The notes below the pieces were generated by a model. The model saw nothing but the letters and a program-made list of their open reading frames with translations, did no database searches and was not told where the DNA came from. A stretch of DNA of 64,000 bases, taken from NCBI GenBank assembly GCA_016935985.1, contig JAFGPW010000004.1, positions 152,752-216,751 of the forward strand, read 5' to 3'. A program made the position numbers and the translations under genes. This document shows, piece by piece, positions 9,328 to 19,008 of the stretch. Position 1 is the first letter of the stretch. Every line of letters begins with the position of its first letter. The DNA is from Candidatus Woesearchaeota archaeon (GTDB lineage Archaea; Nanobdellota; Nanobdellia; Woesearchaeales; JAFGPW01).

Positions 9328-10833
9328 TTATTCCTTCATAAGCGCCGAGAAGGCGATGCCCCCTTCCAGGAGCCTGCCGAGGACCTCCGCGAGCTCCCTG
9401 GTCCTCACCCTTGCCTGCGCGGTCGTCTCGCGGTCCCGGACCGTCACGGTCCCGTCCTCGAGACCTTCGAAGTCGACGGTGACGCAGTAGGGGATGCCGA
9501 GCTCGTCGGCGCGGGCGTACCGCCTGCCGATGCTCCCTGAGCGGTCGAACTGGGCGACGAAGGCCTTCCTGAGGGTGCCGAAGACCTTCCGCGCCTCTGC
9601 GTCGAGCTTCCCCACGAGCGGGAAGACCGCGACCTTCGTGGGCGCGAGCTGGGGGTGGAAGCGCAAGACGATATTGCCCCGTTCCTTATCGTCGTCATAG
9701 GCCTCATAGAGGAACGCGAGCAGCGCGCGCTCGATGCCCTGCGAGGGCTCGGACGCGACATAGGGCCTGACCTTCTCGCGCGTCTCCTCGTCGAAGTAGG
9801 CGAGCTCCTTGCCCGAGAACTCGGCATGCCGGTCGAGGTCGAAGGTCGTCCGGTCGGCGTTGCCGTGGATCTCCTTCCAGCCGGACGGGAAGCGGTATTC
9901 TATGTCGAAGCAGGCCGCCGCATAATGGGCGAGCTCGTCCTTCGCGTGCTCCCGGAGCCTGAGGCTCTCCGGCCGGATGCCGTAATCGAGGAAGAACTGG
10001 CAGAATCCCGCGAGCCAGTAGGCGTGCCAGGGGCCCGCCTTCTTGCGCGCGACAAGCTCCTTGAAGGTGATCGTCTCCGCTTCCTTTGCCCCATCGAACA
10101 GGACCGCGACCGTGAGGTCGGCCACATCGGCAAGGAGCGGGCAGTCGTCCTTCTTTTTCCCGTCCACGAAGAACTCGATCTCGAACTGCTCGAACTCGCG
10201 GGAGCGGAAGAGGAAGTCCCGGGGGCTGATCTCGTTCCTGAAGGCCTTGCCGGTCTGGGCGATGCCGAACGGCAGCCTGACCCGAGCGGTGTCGAGCACC
10301 TGCTTGAAGTCGGTGAAGATGACCTGCGCGGTCTCGGGCCTGAGGTAGGCGACGCTTTTTGGGTCCTTCCCTGCGCCCACGTTCGTCTCGAACATGAGGT
10401 TGAAGGCTGCTCCTTTCGAGAGGGATTTATTGCATTTCGGGCAGGCGAGCCGCTCATTCTCGATGATATGGTCGATCCGCTCGATCGGGACGCCGTCGAC
10501 GTCCTTTCCGAGCACGTCAGCTATCAGCAGGTCTGCCCGGTACTTCTCCTTGCAGCCGGTGCAGACGAGCATGATGTCGTTGAATTTCTCGGTATGGCCG
10601 GAGGCCTCCCACACGCGCGGGTGGGTGATGATTGCGCCGTCGATGCCCACGATGTCCTCCCGCTCCCAGACGAATCGCTTCCAGAAGAGGCGCTTGATGT
10701 TGTTCTTGAGCTCGACACCTTGAGGTCCGAAGTCCCAGAAGCCCGCGAGCTTCCCGTATATCTCGGAGGAGGGATAGACAAGCCCTTTCTTCTTGGCGAA
10801 GGCCGCCATCTCCTCGATCGAGGGTTTTGCCAT
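9328..10833 (-). CDS. glyS: Glycyl-tRNA synthetase (alpha2 type)
   Basis: YLRPETAQ, GKAFRNEISPR, REFEQFEIE, SIGRRYARADE. Confidence 0.97.
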   Translation of the reverse strand: MAKPSIEEMAAFAKKKGLVYPSSEIYGKLAGFWDFGPQGVELKNNIKRLFWKRFVWEREDIVGIDGAIITHPRVWEASGHTEKFNDIMLVCTGCKEKYRADLLIADVLGKDVDGVPIERIDHIIENERLACPKCNKSLSKGAAFNLMFETNVGAGKDPKSVAYLRPETAQVIFTDFKQVLDTARVRLPFGIAQTGKAFRNEISPRDFLFRSREFEQFEIEFFVDGKKKDDCPLLADVADLTVAVLFDGAKEAETITFKELVARKKAGPWHAYWLAGFCQFFLDYGIRPESLRLREHAKDELAHYAAACFDIEYRFPSGWKEIHGNADRTTFDLDRHAEFSGKELAYFDEETREKVRPYVASEPSQGIERALLAFLYEAYDDDKERGNIVLRFHPQLAPTKVAVFPLVGKLDAEARKVFGTLRKAFVAQFDRSGSIGRRYARADELGIPYCVTVDFEGLEDGTVTVRDRETTAQARVRTRELAEVLGRLLEGGIAFSALMKE

Positions 10834-11158
10834 GGTAGGCTGCGTGTTTGCTGAGGGCTATATATTCTTTTCCCAAAGGGCGAGGGAGAGCGTGTGGATA
10901 AGGTTGTCCTAAAGTTTTATCACCATATAGGGACTACAAAATAGGAAGTTTTATATAGAAGATCTTCCTGCCCAACCCATCAGTATCTGTTCTCAACACC
11001 ACCCTCGTGCCAGGGTTCCCTGGAATCCTGGCACACCCCCTCTTTTCTGCCGGATAACGCCCCAATCAGGCCGAAATACGGAAGATTAAAAAAGGCCGAT
11101 ACATCCCTGAATCCGAGCGGGGTGAACGGAGGGATATGCCAAAACAGCGGCTTTCCCC

Positions 11159-12706
11159 ATGAAAATGGCTGCAGAAAAGTGTTATACCGTCTATGACCAT
11201 TCATTCAACGCTAATATCCTCACTATAAACCTTCTCGTTCTCGGTTTCCATAAGAAGAAGCTCAGAACGACGCTTGGTGGTCATATAAAGGACAGTGTGA
11301 CTGAATTCTCGGAAGGAGAGGCCAGATGGAGCACCTCCGAGGTGCTCTGGGAGCGGCTCGCGAAGTCGGCGCTCTCCAAGGTCAAGAAGGACAAGCGCTA
11401 CTCGAAACGCATCGCAGCGACCGTCGATGAGGCAGGAGCCGAGATGCAGCGCATCTACAAGGAGTTCGTCAAGGTTGACATCGAGAAGGCGACGAGCCAG
11501 AAGATGCTCAATTATTACAAGAAGATCATCCATGCCCAGGAGAATCTCGGATTGGCCGTGATCGCCGTCAAGCTCCTCGATCCTGCTGGATCGCCGTTCG
11601 CCGATTTCCTCAAGGACCAGATAAAGCGGCAGAAGCGACGGCACCTGCGGCAGGGCACCATCGAGGAGCAGTACACGGCCCTAGTCAGGCCTGACGCAGC
11701 GGAATCCCTCATCCGCAAGGAGACAAAATCGATGCACCGGCTCGCGATCGCGGTCTGCAAGCAGAAGGAGCTCTACCGGAAGCTCCACTTCCTCAGGATC
11801 GACGACATCAACACGGTGCTCAACAAGAAGTACAAGAAGATCTACAAGCTGCTCGAGACCCACGCACACAGCTTCAAGTGGGTCCAGTACGGCTTCCAGG
11901 GGCCCTCGTTCGACAAGTACCATTATCTCATGGGCCTGAAGAAGATGGTGATGGGCTGCCATCCGAAGGACGAGCTCGCGCGCATCGAGGAGAGGGAGGA
12001 CAAGGCGAGGAAGCGGCAGAAGGCGCTCGAGAAGGAGCTCAGGCTCAGCGCCCAGCAGGAGGACCTCTTCGCTGCGGCGCGTGAGCTCAGCCATCTCAAG
12101 GAGTACGCGCAGCAGCTGTTCTACCTCTCGTTCTACATGGTCGACAAGATGCTCTGGGAGCTCTCGAGGAGGCACTCGCTCAGCCACCAGCAGGTGCGTA
12201 ACTGCACGATGCCTGAGGTCGAGCGGATGCTCACGAAGGAGGAGCATCCCGACCCTGCGGTTCTCGACCGGCGGCAGGATGGCTGCGTGCTCCTGATCGA
12301 GGACGAGAAGGGGAGCGTGCTATATGACAAGGAGGCCCGTGCCGCGCTCCGCGACCGCGGCTTCAAGACGAAGCCCCTGCGTCAGGCGAAAATCGTCCAG
12401 GGCACGACCGCGTACCAGGGCATGGTGAAGGGGAGGGCGAAGGTCATCAGGAGTCCGGCAGACCTCGAGAAGATCGAGGAAGGCGACATCGTCATCTGCC
12501 AGGCGACGACCCCTGAGTACCTGCCGTACCTGCGCCGTGCAGCCGCCTTCGTCACCGACAGCGACGGCCTGCAGTGCCACACCGCGCTGATGGCGAAGGA
12601 CCTCAAGAAGCCCTGCATCATCGCCGCCCAGAACGCGACGCAGATATTCGCGGACGACGACCTCGTCGAGGTCCATGGCGAGCAGGGGTTCGTCAAGAAG
12701 GCGTAG
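11159..12706 (+). CDS. Protein with C-terminal PEP-utilizers mobile (phospho-His) domain
   Basis: G-x-A-KVI...EGDIVIC...TTPEY...AAFVTD..G..CH.A..A....KPCII; long helical N-terminus without an ATP-grasp domain. Confidence 0.8.
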   Translation: MKMAAEKCYTVYDHSFNANILTINLLVLGFHKKKLRTTLGGHIKDSVTEFSEGEARWSTSEVLWERLAKSALSKVKKDKRYSKRIAATVDEAGAEMQRIYKEFVKVDIEKATSQKMLNYYKKIIHAQENLGLAVIAVKLLDPAGSPFADFLKDQIKRQKRRHLRQGTIEEQYTALVRPDAAESLIRKETKSMHRLAIAVCKQKELYRKLHFLRIDDINTVLNKKYKKIYKLLETHAHSFKWVQYGFQGPSFDKYHYLMGLKKMVMGCHPKDELARIEEREDKARKRQKALEKELRLSAQQEDLFAAARELSHLKEYAQQLFYLSFYMVDKMLWELSRRHSLSHQQVRNCTMPEVERMLTKEEHPDPAVLDRRQDGCVLLIEDEKGSVLYDKEARAALRDRGFKTKPLRQAKIVQGTTAYQGMVKGRAKVIRSPADLEKIEEGDIVICQATTPEYLPYLRRAAAFVTDSDGLQCHTALMAKDLKKPCIIAAQNATQIFADDDLVEVHGEQGFVKKA

Positions 12707-12712
12707 GGCAGG

Positions 12713-13936
12713 TCAGCGACGCTCCCTGAGCCAAGCGATCTCCTCTGAATCGAGGCCGTATTCCTCAGCGATCGCCACGGCCGCCACGGCGTCCTGCCTG
12801 CACACCGCCGCGAGGTAGGGCACCATATCCTGGATAACCCTTCTCGTCGAGCTGTGCGTGCCTGCCGCAATCTTCTCGGCGATCGACCGGCGCCTGAGGT
12901 AGCGCTGGTTCGCCTGCCAGATCTTCAGTGGCCGCATCGGCCGGCGATAGGAAGGGAAACCCTTATATTTCTCCTTCTTCGCGAGCGCGACCCCTACGGT
13001 CAGCAGCTCCCTGATGTAGACCAGGAACCGCCAGTGCTGCTGCCGGCGGATCCGGCCGCGGTAGACGTCGGCGCGCGAGAGCGCGTCGTAGGCGGCGGCG
13101 AGGTCTTCAGGCCTCCCGTATTCCCGCGGCAGGTTCTCGTCCAGCCACAGCAGGACCTCATCCAGGTCCTCGTCGGTGCTGTCGAGAGCCGCCCTCGCGA
13201 CCGCCTCATCGGTCGTCTTCAGGATGCGCATGATCGCCTGGGCGATGGGTTCGGTCTGGCGGCGTCCGCCGAGGAGCGCGAGGTCGCCAGCGGAGAACCG
13301 CCTCGTCTCCGACGATACGGTCTGGAGGTCGTTGATCGCGGCGCGGACATCCCCTCCGCTCGAGCGGGCGAGCGCAACAATCGCCGCATCGTCCGCCTCG
13401 ACCCCTTCCGCCAAGGCGATGCGGGAAAGGACCTTCGCGACGCTCTGGTAGGTAAGCGTCCTGAACTCGATGAGCTCGCACGTGGAGCGGAGGGACGAGA
13501 ACTTGCTGTCCCATATCTCGTTCGCAGTGAGGATGATGGGATGCGCGCTCGTGCGGATGAGCTTCGTGACCGCCGCGAGGCCGCCGCGGTCCTTCGTCCC
13601 TGAGAGGCCATCAATCTCGTCGAGCAGGATGAGCTTCCCCCTGAAGAAGAGCGACCGCTGGGAGAGGGCGGTCCCGACGCGCTCCCTGATCGCCGCCTCG
13701 TTGCGCACATCTGAGGCGTTCACCTCGAGGAGCTCGAGACCGAGGTCGCGGGAGATGGCGTGGACGGCGCACGTCTTCCCGCTGCCGGTGGGGCCGTACA
13801 GGAGCGCCGCCCGCTTCTTCTGGCTCCGGTAGCCGGTGAGGTACGCCTTCAGGCCTGCAATCGCTCTGTCATGACCCTGCACCTCTGCCAAGGTCTTCGG
13901 CGCGTACTTCCTGATCCAGGGAACGGTCGCCTGCAT
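12713..13936 (-). CDS. rfcL: Replication factor C large subunit
   Basis: WIRKYAPKTL, GPTGSGKT, EVNASD, LLDEIDG, GDVRAAINDL. Confidence 0.95.
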   Translation of the reverse strand: MQATVPWIRKYAPKTLAEVQGHDRAIAGLKAYLTGYRSQKKRAALLYGPTGSGKTCAVHAISRDLGLELLEVNASDVRNEAAIRERVGTALSQRSLFFRGKLILLDEIDGLSGTKDRGGLAAVTKLIRTSAHPIILTANEIWDSKFSSLRSTCELIEFRTLTYQSVAKVLSRIALAEGVEADDAAIVALARSSGGDVRAAINDLQTVSSETRRFSAGDLALLGGRRQTEPIAQAIMRILKTTDEAVARAALDSTDEDLDEVLLWLDENLPREYGRPEDLAAAYDALSRADVYRGRIRRQQHWRFLVYIRELLTVGVALAKKEKYKGFPSYRRPMRPLKIWQANQRYLRRRSIAEKIAAGTHSSTRRVIQDMVPYLAAVCRQDAVAAVAIAEEYGLDSEEIAWLRERR

Positions 13937-13938
13937 GG

Positions 13939-14889
13939 TCAGCCCCTCTCAGTCCCCTGGCCGCGGACGCCCGAGCGTCCCCTCATCGTCCGCCTCTTCG
14001 CCGTCCGCAGGCGCTCCGGCCTCGGGATGTCCTTCTTGTAGACGACCGTGCGGTACGGGAAGGGAATCTCGACCCCCTCACGATCGAAGCGCTCCTTGAT
14101 GCTCTTGCGCAGGTCGCACAGCATGGCGAATCCCTTCGCCGGCGTCTCCGCCCACGCCCAGGCGCGGAGGCTGATGGAGGAGTCGCCAAAGCCGATGACC
14201 CGTACCGGAACGATCGGTTCCCCCCTCCGCTTCTCCTCATCCGTCCGGTTGTCGATCAGGTCGGGATGCCGCCCGCACTCCTCACGCATGATCCGCATCG
14301 CGAGGTCGATGTCGGAGTCGTACGAGATGCCGATCTCCACGAACTTGCATATCTTCTCGTCCCCGATGTTGGAGTTCTCGATGACCTCCCGGTTGAGGAC
14401 CGCGTTCGGGATGATGATGCGCTTGTTCTCGAAGCTCTTGATGACCGTATGGCGCAGCGTGATGTCCTCTATCTTACCCGCAGGGTAGGTGCCGACCTGG
14501 ACCACGTCGCCCACGCGTATCGGCCTGAAGATCACGATGAAGACGCCCGAGACTATATTGGAGAACGCCTCCTGGCTCGCGAAACCGACGACGACCGCGA
14601 GGATGCCGGCGCCGGCGAAGACCGAGACCGAGAGCGTGCGGAGAGGGGGAATCACGTAGACCGCGAGCGAGAGGCCGAGGATGTAGGTGAGCGCGGAAAG
14701 GAAGTGGCGCATGAAGCGGTAGTGCGTCGGATCGACATGCATCTTGCGCGAGGCGCGCGTGAAGGACCGGTCGACGAGCTTCCGCACCACCTTCGCAGCG
14801 ATAATCGTCGCTATGATGATTAGCGCTATCACGATGATGCGTTCGAACGAGTCCAAGAAAAGGTCTCCGTAGTCGACAAGCGTGAGCAT
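13939..14889 (-). CDS. mscS: Small-conductance mechanosensitive channel
   Basis: GFASQEAFSNIVSG, RPIRVGD, IPN, IEIPFPY-like end. Confidence 0.92.
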   Translation of the reverse strand: MLTLVDYGDLFLDSFERIIVIALIIIATIIAAKVVRKLVDRSFTRASRKMHVDPTHYRFMRHFLSALTYILGLSLAVYVIPPLRTLSVSVFAGAGILAVVVGFASQEAFSNIVSGVFIVIFRPIRVGDVVQVGTYPAGKIEDITLRHTVIKSFENKRIIIPNAVLNREVIENSNIGDEKICKFVEIGISYDSDIDLAMRIMREECGRHPDLIDNRTDEEKRRGEPIVPVRVIGFGDSSISLRAWAWAETPAKGFAMLCDLRKSIKERFDREGVEIPFPYRTVVYKKDIPRPERLRTAKRRTMRGRSGVRGQGTERG

Positions 14890-14986
14890 GCAAGCCACCC
14901 CTTATTATACAGCGATGCGCGGATGGTTAATAAAGGTTATGCTGCTGAGCCATTTATTTTCAATATTGCAATCAATACAGGCAAAG

Positions 14987-14994
14987 TTTAAATA
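14987..14994 (+). promoter_or_regulatory. TATA box driving the valS leader transcript
   Basis: AAAG-TTTAAATA (BRE-like purines then TATA), ending 23 nt before the leader ATG. Confidence 0.75.
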
Positions 14995-15017
14995 CTTTCG
15001 GCTGTTTACTGCGGACC

Positions 15018-15071
15018 ATGAGGCTCGCCAAGGACCACGTCACAGCAGTGGGTGTCGTCGTCGTAGCATGA
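15018..15071 (+). CDS. Val-rich leader peptide of valS (MRLAKDHVTAVGVVVVA)
   Basis: 6 of 17 codons are Val, including GTC GTC GTC GTA; sits between the TATA box and valS. Confidence 0.85.
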   Translation: MRLAKDHVTAVGVVVVA

Positions 15072-15157
15072 GCCTGCTCGTTCTCTGGCGGTGCGGCACA
15101 GCGCTTCCTGACGCCTAAGGGCCCGCAAGGGAAGGGGTACAGCGTGTGGTGCGGACA

Positions 15158-17593
15158 ATGGAACTTCAGAAATGGTATGACATCGCGGCCGAGGAGGCGA
15201 AGTGGCAGGCATTCTGGGAGGAGAAGAAGATATTCAGGTTCGACCCCGACGGCACGGGAGAGGTCTTTGCCGTCGACACCCCGCCGCCGACGGTCTCGGG
15301 CAAGATGCACCTCGGGCACGCGTTCTCCTATGCCCAGCAGGATTTCGTGGTCCGCTACCGGCGCATGCGCGGCATGCATGTCTACTTCCCGTTCGGCACG
15401 GACGACAACGGCCTTCCCACCCTGCGCCTGATCGAGAAGACGAAAGGGGTCAAGGCAGAAAAGATGGGGCGCGAGAGGTTCCGTAAGCTCTGCGTAGAGA
15501 CGCTCGAGAACGATCTCCGGCCCGGCTATATCAAGGACTGGAAGCGCATCGCGATGAGCTGCGACTTCGACTCCTTCTACACCACGATCAACAACCACTG
15601 CCGGCGCATCTCCCAGAAGTCCTTCATCGACCTTTACAAGGCGGGCCGCGAGTACCGGAAGGAAGCGCCGGCCATGTACTGCACCGAGTGCAGGACCGCG
15701 ATCTCCCAGGTCGAGCTCCAGGACGCTGAGCTCGACTCCTTCTTCAACGACATCGTCTTCGAGCTGGAGGACGGAAGCGACCTCATCATCGCGACGACCA
15801 GGCCCGAACTGCTCCCCGCCTGCGTCGCCATATTCGCGCATCCTGAGGACGAGCGCTACGCCAAGCTCTTCGGGAAGAGGGCGAAGGTCCCGCTCTTCGA
15901 CTTCTGGGTGCCGATCATGCCGTCCCCTCGCGCGGACCCTGAGAAGGGGACCGGCATCCTGATGTGCTGCACCTTCGGGGACCAGGATGACGTCGAGCAC
16001 TATCTCGAGCACAAGCTGCCGCTGAAGGTCGCGATCGACGGCGAGGGGAACATGACGGATCTCGCGGGAAGCTACAAGGGCATGAGCGTGAGCATCGCGC
16101 GCAGGATGATCATCGAGGACCTCAAGGGCCGGCGCAAGCTCCTCTCCCAGACGCCGATCAGGCACACGGTGAACGTGCACGAGCGCTGCGGCACCGAAGT
16201 GCAGATCCTCAACTCCAAGCAGTGGTTCATCAGGTATCTCGACCTCAAGGAGCAGATGCTCGCGTGGGGGCGGGAGCTCAACTGGTATCCCAACCACATG
16301 CGCGTCAGGTACGAGAACTGGGTGAACGGCCTCAGGTGGGACTGGTGCATCTCGCGGCAGATCTACTTCGGCATCCCCTTCCCGGTCTGGTACTGCGCCA
16401 AGTGCGAGGCCGTCATCCTGGCGCGCGAGGAGGACCTGCCGGTCGATCCGATAACTGACAGGCCGCCGGTGACAAAATGCCCGAAGTGCGGGCATGGCGA
16501 ATTCGTCCCCGAGACCGACATCATCAACACGTGGGCGACCTCCAGCCTGACGCCGCAGATAGCCGCAGACCTCTATAAGGGCCATCCCATTCACCAGAGG
16601 CTGTATCCGATGAGCATGCGGCCGCAGGCGCACGACATCATCACGTTCTGGCTGTTCAACACCGTGGTGAAGAGCAGGCTCCACAACGGCGTCAACCCAT
16701 GGAAGGACTGCGTGATCTCCGGCCATGCCCTCGACCCGAGGGGGAAGAAGATGAGCAAGAGCAAGGGCAATGTCGTCGAGCCGCAGAAGGTGATGGATGA
16801 GTACGGCGCCGACTGCCTGCGGTTCTGGGCTGCCTCGAGCAAGCTCGGTGAGGACCTGCCGTTCATGGAAAAAGACCTCGTCACCGGGCGGAAGTTCATT
16901 ACCAAGCTCTGGAACGCATCGAGGTTCGCGCTGATGCACCTCGGCGGCTATGCCGGCGCGCGGCCGAAGCGCCTCGCTCCGATCGATGCGTGGCTCCTCT
17001 CACGGCTGCACCGCCTCATCAAGGGGGCGACCGAGTCGTTCGAGAGGTATGAGTACGCGCGCACCAGGCTCGAGACCGAGAAGTTCTTCTGGCAGGTCTT
17101 CTGCGACAATTACCTCGAGTTCGTGAAAGAGCGGCTCTATAACAGCGAGGCCTTTGGCCCCGACGAAGTGCTCTCGGCGAAGTACACGCTCTACCAAGCG
17201 AACCTCGCGATCATCAAGCTGATGGCGCCGATCATGCCGCACATCACGGAAGCGGTCTTCCAGCTCTACTACGCCAAGCACGAGAACGAGAAGAGCATCC
17301 ATCTCTCCCAATGGCCCGCCTACGACGCGAAGCTGGTCGACGAGAAGGCGGAGAAGGCAGGCGACCTCGCGGTCGTGATAGTGGGGGCAGTGCGCCGCCA
17401 CAAGTCTGAGAACGCGCTCTCGCTCAAGACCGAACTCGCGATGATCACCGTCGAATGCACCAAGCAGGAGGAGGCGCTGCTGAGCGGGATCGAGAAAGAC
17501 CTCCTCGGCGTCACGAAGGCGAGGCGGATCGCGTTCGGCAAGGCGGATCAGGATATCCCTGACACCGCGCTCAGGATCTCTATCGAGCAGTAG
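15158..17593 (+). CDS. valS: Valyl-tRNA synthetase (archaeal type)
   Basis: DTPPPTVSGKMHLGH, ATTRPE, DWCISRQ, RPQAHDII, KMSKSKGN. Confidence 0.96.
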   Translation: MELQKWYDIAAEEAKWQAFWEEKKIFRFDPDGTGEVFAVDTPPPTVSGKMHLGHAFSYAQQDFVVRYRRMRGMHVYFPFGTDDNGLPTLRLIEKTKGVKAEKMGRERFRKLCVETLENDLRPGYIKDWKRIAMSCDFDSFYTTINNHCRRISQKSFIDLYKAGREYRKEAPAMYCTECRTAISQVELQDAELDSFFNDIVFELEDGSDLIIATTRPELLPACVAIFAHPEDERYAKLFGKRAKVPLFDFWVPIMPSPRADPEKGTGILMCCTFGDQDDVEHYLEHKLPLKVAIDGEGNMTDLAGSYKGMSVSIARRMIIEDLKGRRKLLSQTPIRHTVNVHERCGTEVQILNSKQWFIRYLDLKEQMLAWGRELNWYPNHMRVRYENWVNGLRWDWCISRQIYFGIPFPVWYCAKCEAVILAREEDLPVDPITDRPPVTKCPKCGHGEFVPETDIINTWATSSLTPQIAADLYKGHPIHQRLYPMSMRPQAHDIITFWLFNTVVKSRLHNGVNPWKDCVISGHALDPRGKKMSKSKGNVVEPQKVMDEYGADCLRFWAASSKLGEDLPFMEKDLVTGRKFITKLWNASRFALMHLGGYAGARPKRLAPIDAWLLSRLHRLIKGATESFERYEYARTRLETEKFFWQVFCDNYLEFVKERLYNSEAFGPDEVLSAKYTLYQANLAIIKLMAPIMPHITEAVFQLYYAKHENEKSIHLSQWPAYDAKLVDEKAEKAGDLAVVIVGAVRRHKSENALSLKTELAMITVECTKQEEALLSGIEKDLLGVTKARRIAFGKADQDIPDTALRISIEQ

Positions 17594-17608
17594 GGAGAGA
17601 AAGGACGC

Positions 17609-19003
17609 TCAGGCGCGCTTCCAGCGCACGCCCGTCTTGCCGTCCTCGAGGATGATACCTTTCTCTTTCAGCTCGTCGCGGATCCGGTCGGCGGTCTTCC
17701 AGTCCCGCGCCACCCGCGCCTTCTCGCGCTCCTCTATCAGCGCCTCGACCGCCGCGCCTATAGTCACCTCCTCGAAGTCGAGGATGCCGAGCACGATGTC
17801 GAACCGTTCCATCTGGGCCCTGACCTCCTTGGCGTCAGCCTTCGAGAGCTTCCCGTCCTGGAGGAGCTTGTTCACCCCCTTCATGAACGAGAAGACCGCG
17901 GCGAGCGCCTCGGATATCGAGAGGTCGTCGTCCATCGCGTTGCGGAATCCGGTATCCGCCTCCCTCACGAGCGCGTCCGTCCCCTTCGCGCCTGTCCCGT
18001 GCGCCGCGTCCAGGTTCGTCAGGAAATCGCGGAACTTCTTGACAGTCGACTCCGCCGCCGCAAGGCCGTCCTCGGTGAAGTTGAGCGGCACCTTGTAGTG
18101 CGTCGCGAGCAGCAGGTAGCGTATCGCCTTCGGTGAGTGGCCCATCCTGAGCACGTCGCGGAGCGTGTAGAAGTTCCCGAGCGACTTGCTCATCTTCTTC
18201 CCCTCGACGAGCAGCCACTCGTTGTGCAGCCAGTAGTTGACGAACGCGTGCCCTGAGCAGCCCTCGCTCTGGGCGATCTCGTTCTCGTGGTGGGGGAAGA
18301 CGAGGTCGACGCCGCCGGTGTGGATGTCGAAGTGGTCGCCGAGGTACTCCGTCGACATCGCGCTGCACTCGATATGCCAGCCTGGCCTGCCGGGCCCCCA
18401 TGGCGAGTCCCACTTCACGTCGCCGTCGTCCTTCGTGTACGCCTTCCAGAGCGCGAAGTCATTCGCCGATTCCTTCTCGTACTCGTCCTGCGTCACTCGC
18501 GCCCCCGCCTTCAGCCGGTCGACGTGGATCCGCGAGAGCTTGCCGTAGCCCTTGAACTTGCGGACATTATAGTAGACGCACCCGTCATCGCCGAGGTAGG
18601 CGATGCCCTTGTCCATCAGCCCCTTGATGATCAAGAACATCTGCTCCAGGTGCTCGGTCGCCTTCGGGAAGATGTCAGCCGGGTCGATGTTGAGCGTTTT
18701 AAGGTCCTCGAAGAACGCCTTGATGTACCTCTCGGTATACTGCTTGAGCGGAATCCCCTCTCTCTGGCTTCCCCGGATCGTCTTGTCATCCACGTCGGTG
18801 AGGTTCATCACATGCCGCACCGCATAGCCGAGGTAGGTCAGGTAGCGCTTGAGGACGTCGGCTGCCATGTACGCCCTGAAGTTCCCGACATGGGCGTAGT
18901 CGTAGACCGTCGGGCCGCAGGTGTACATCCTGACTTTCCCTTTCTCGATCTCCCTGAACGGTTCCTTCTTCCGCGAGAGCGTGTTATAGAGCATGAGCGC
19001 CAT
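17609..19003 (-). CDS. cysS: Cysteinyl-tRNA synthetase
   Basis: CGPTVYDYAHVGN, GRPGWHIECSAM, KMSKSLGN. Confidence 0.97.
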   Translation of the reverse strand: MALMLYNTLSRKKEPFREIEKGKVRMYTCGPTVYDYAHVGNFRAYMAADVLKRYLTYLGYAVRHVMNLTDVDDKTIRGSQREGIPLKQYTERYIKAFFEDLKTLNIDPADIFPKATEHLEQMFLIIKGLMDKGIAYLGDDGCVYYNVRKFKGYGKLSRIHVDRLKAGARVTQDEYEKESANDFALWKAYTKDDGDVKWDSPWGPGRPGWHIECSAMSTEYLGDHFDIHTGGVDLVFPHHENEIAQSEGCSGHAFVNYWLHNEWLLVEGKKMSKSLGNFYTLRDVLRMGHSPKAIRYLLLATHYKVPLNFTEDGLAAAESTVKKFRDFLTNLDAAHGTGAKGTDALVREADTGFRNAMDDDLSISEALAAVFSFMKGVNKLLQDGKLSKADAKEVRAQMERFDIVLGILDFEEVTIGAAVEALIEEREKARVARDWKTADRIRDELKEKGIILEDGKTGVRWKRA

Positions 19004-19008
19004 GTGCT

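Noticed and set aside
10834..10890. Cognate leader peptides before glyS (and before cysS and pyrG)
   Set aside because: glyS and pyrG have a TATA directly before the ATG and cysS is operon-internal; no Gly- or Cys-rich uORF seen.
10893..10901. Perfect bacterial DnaA box (TGTGGATAA) in an intergenic region, plus an ORB-like TTCC..GGAA nearby
   Set aside because: Single copy, archaeal context, no cdc6/orc1 in view; not enough for an origin call.
14972..16939. Long antisense ORFs (for example 655 aa opposite valS, 600 aa opposite top6B, 583 aa opposite pyrG)
   Set aside because: Shadow frames expected from strong GC3 bias; no protein motifs.
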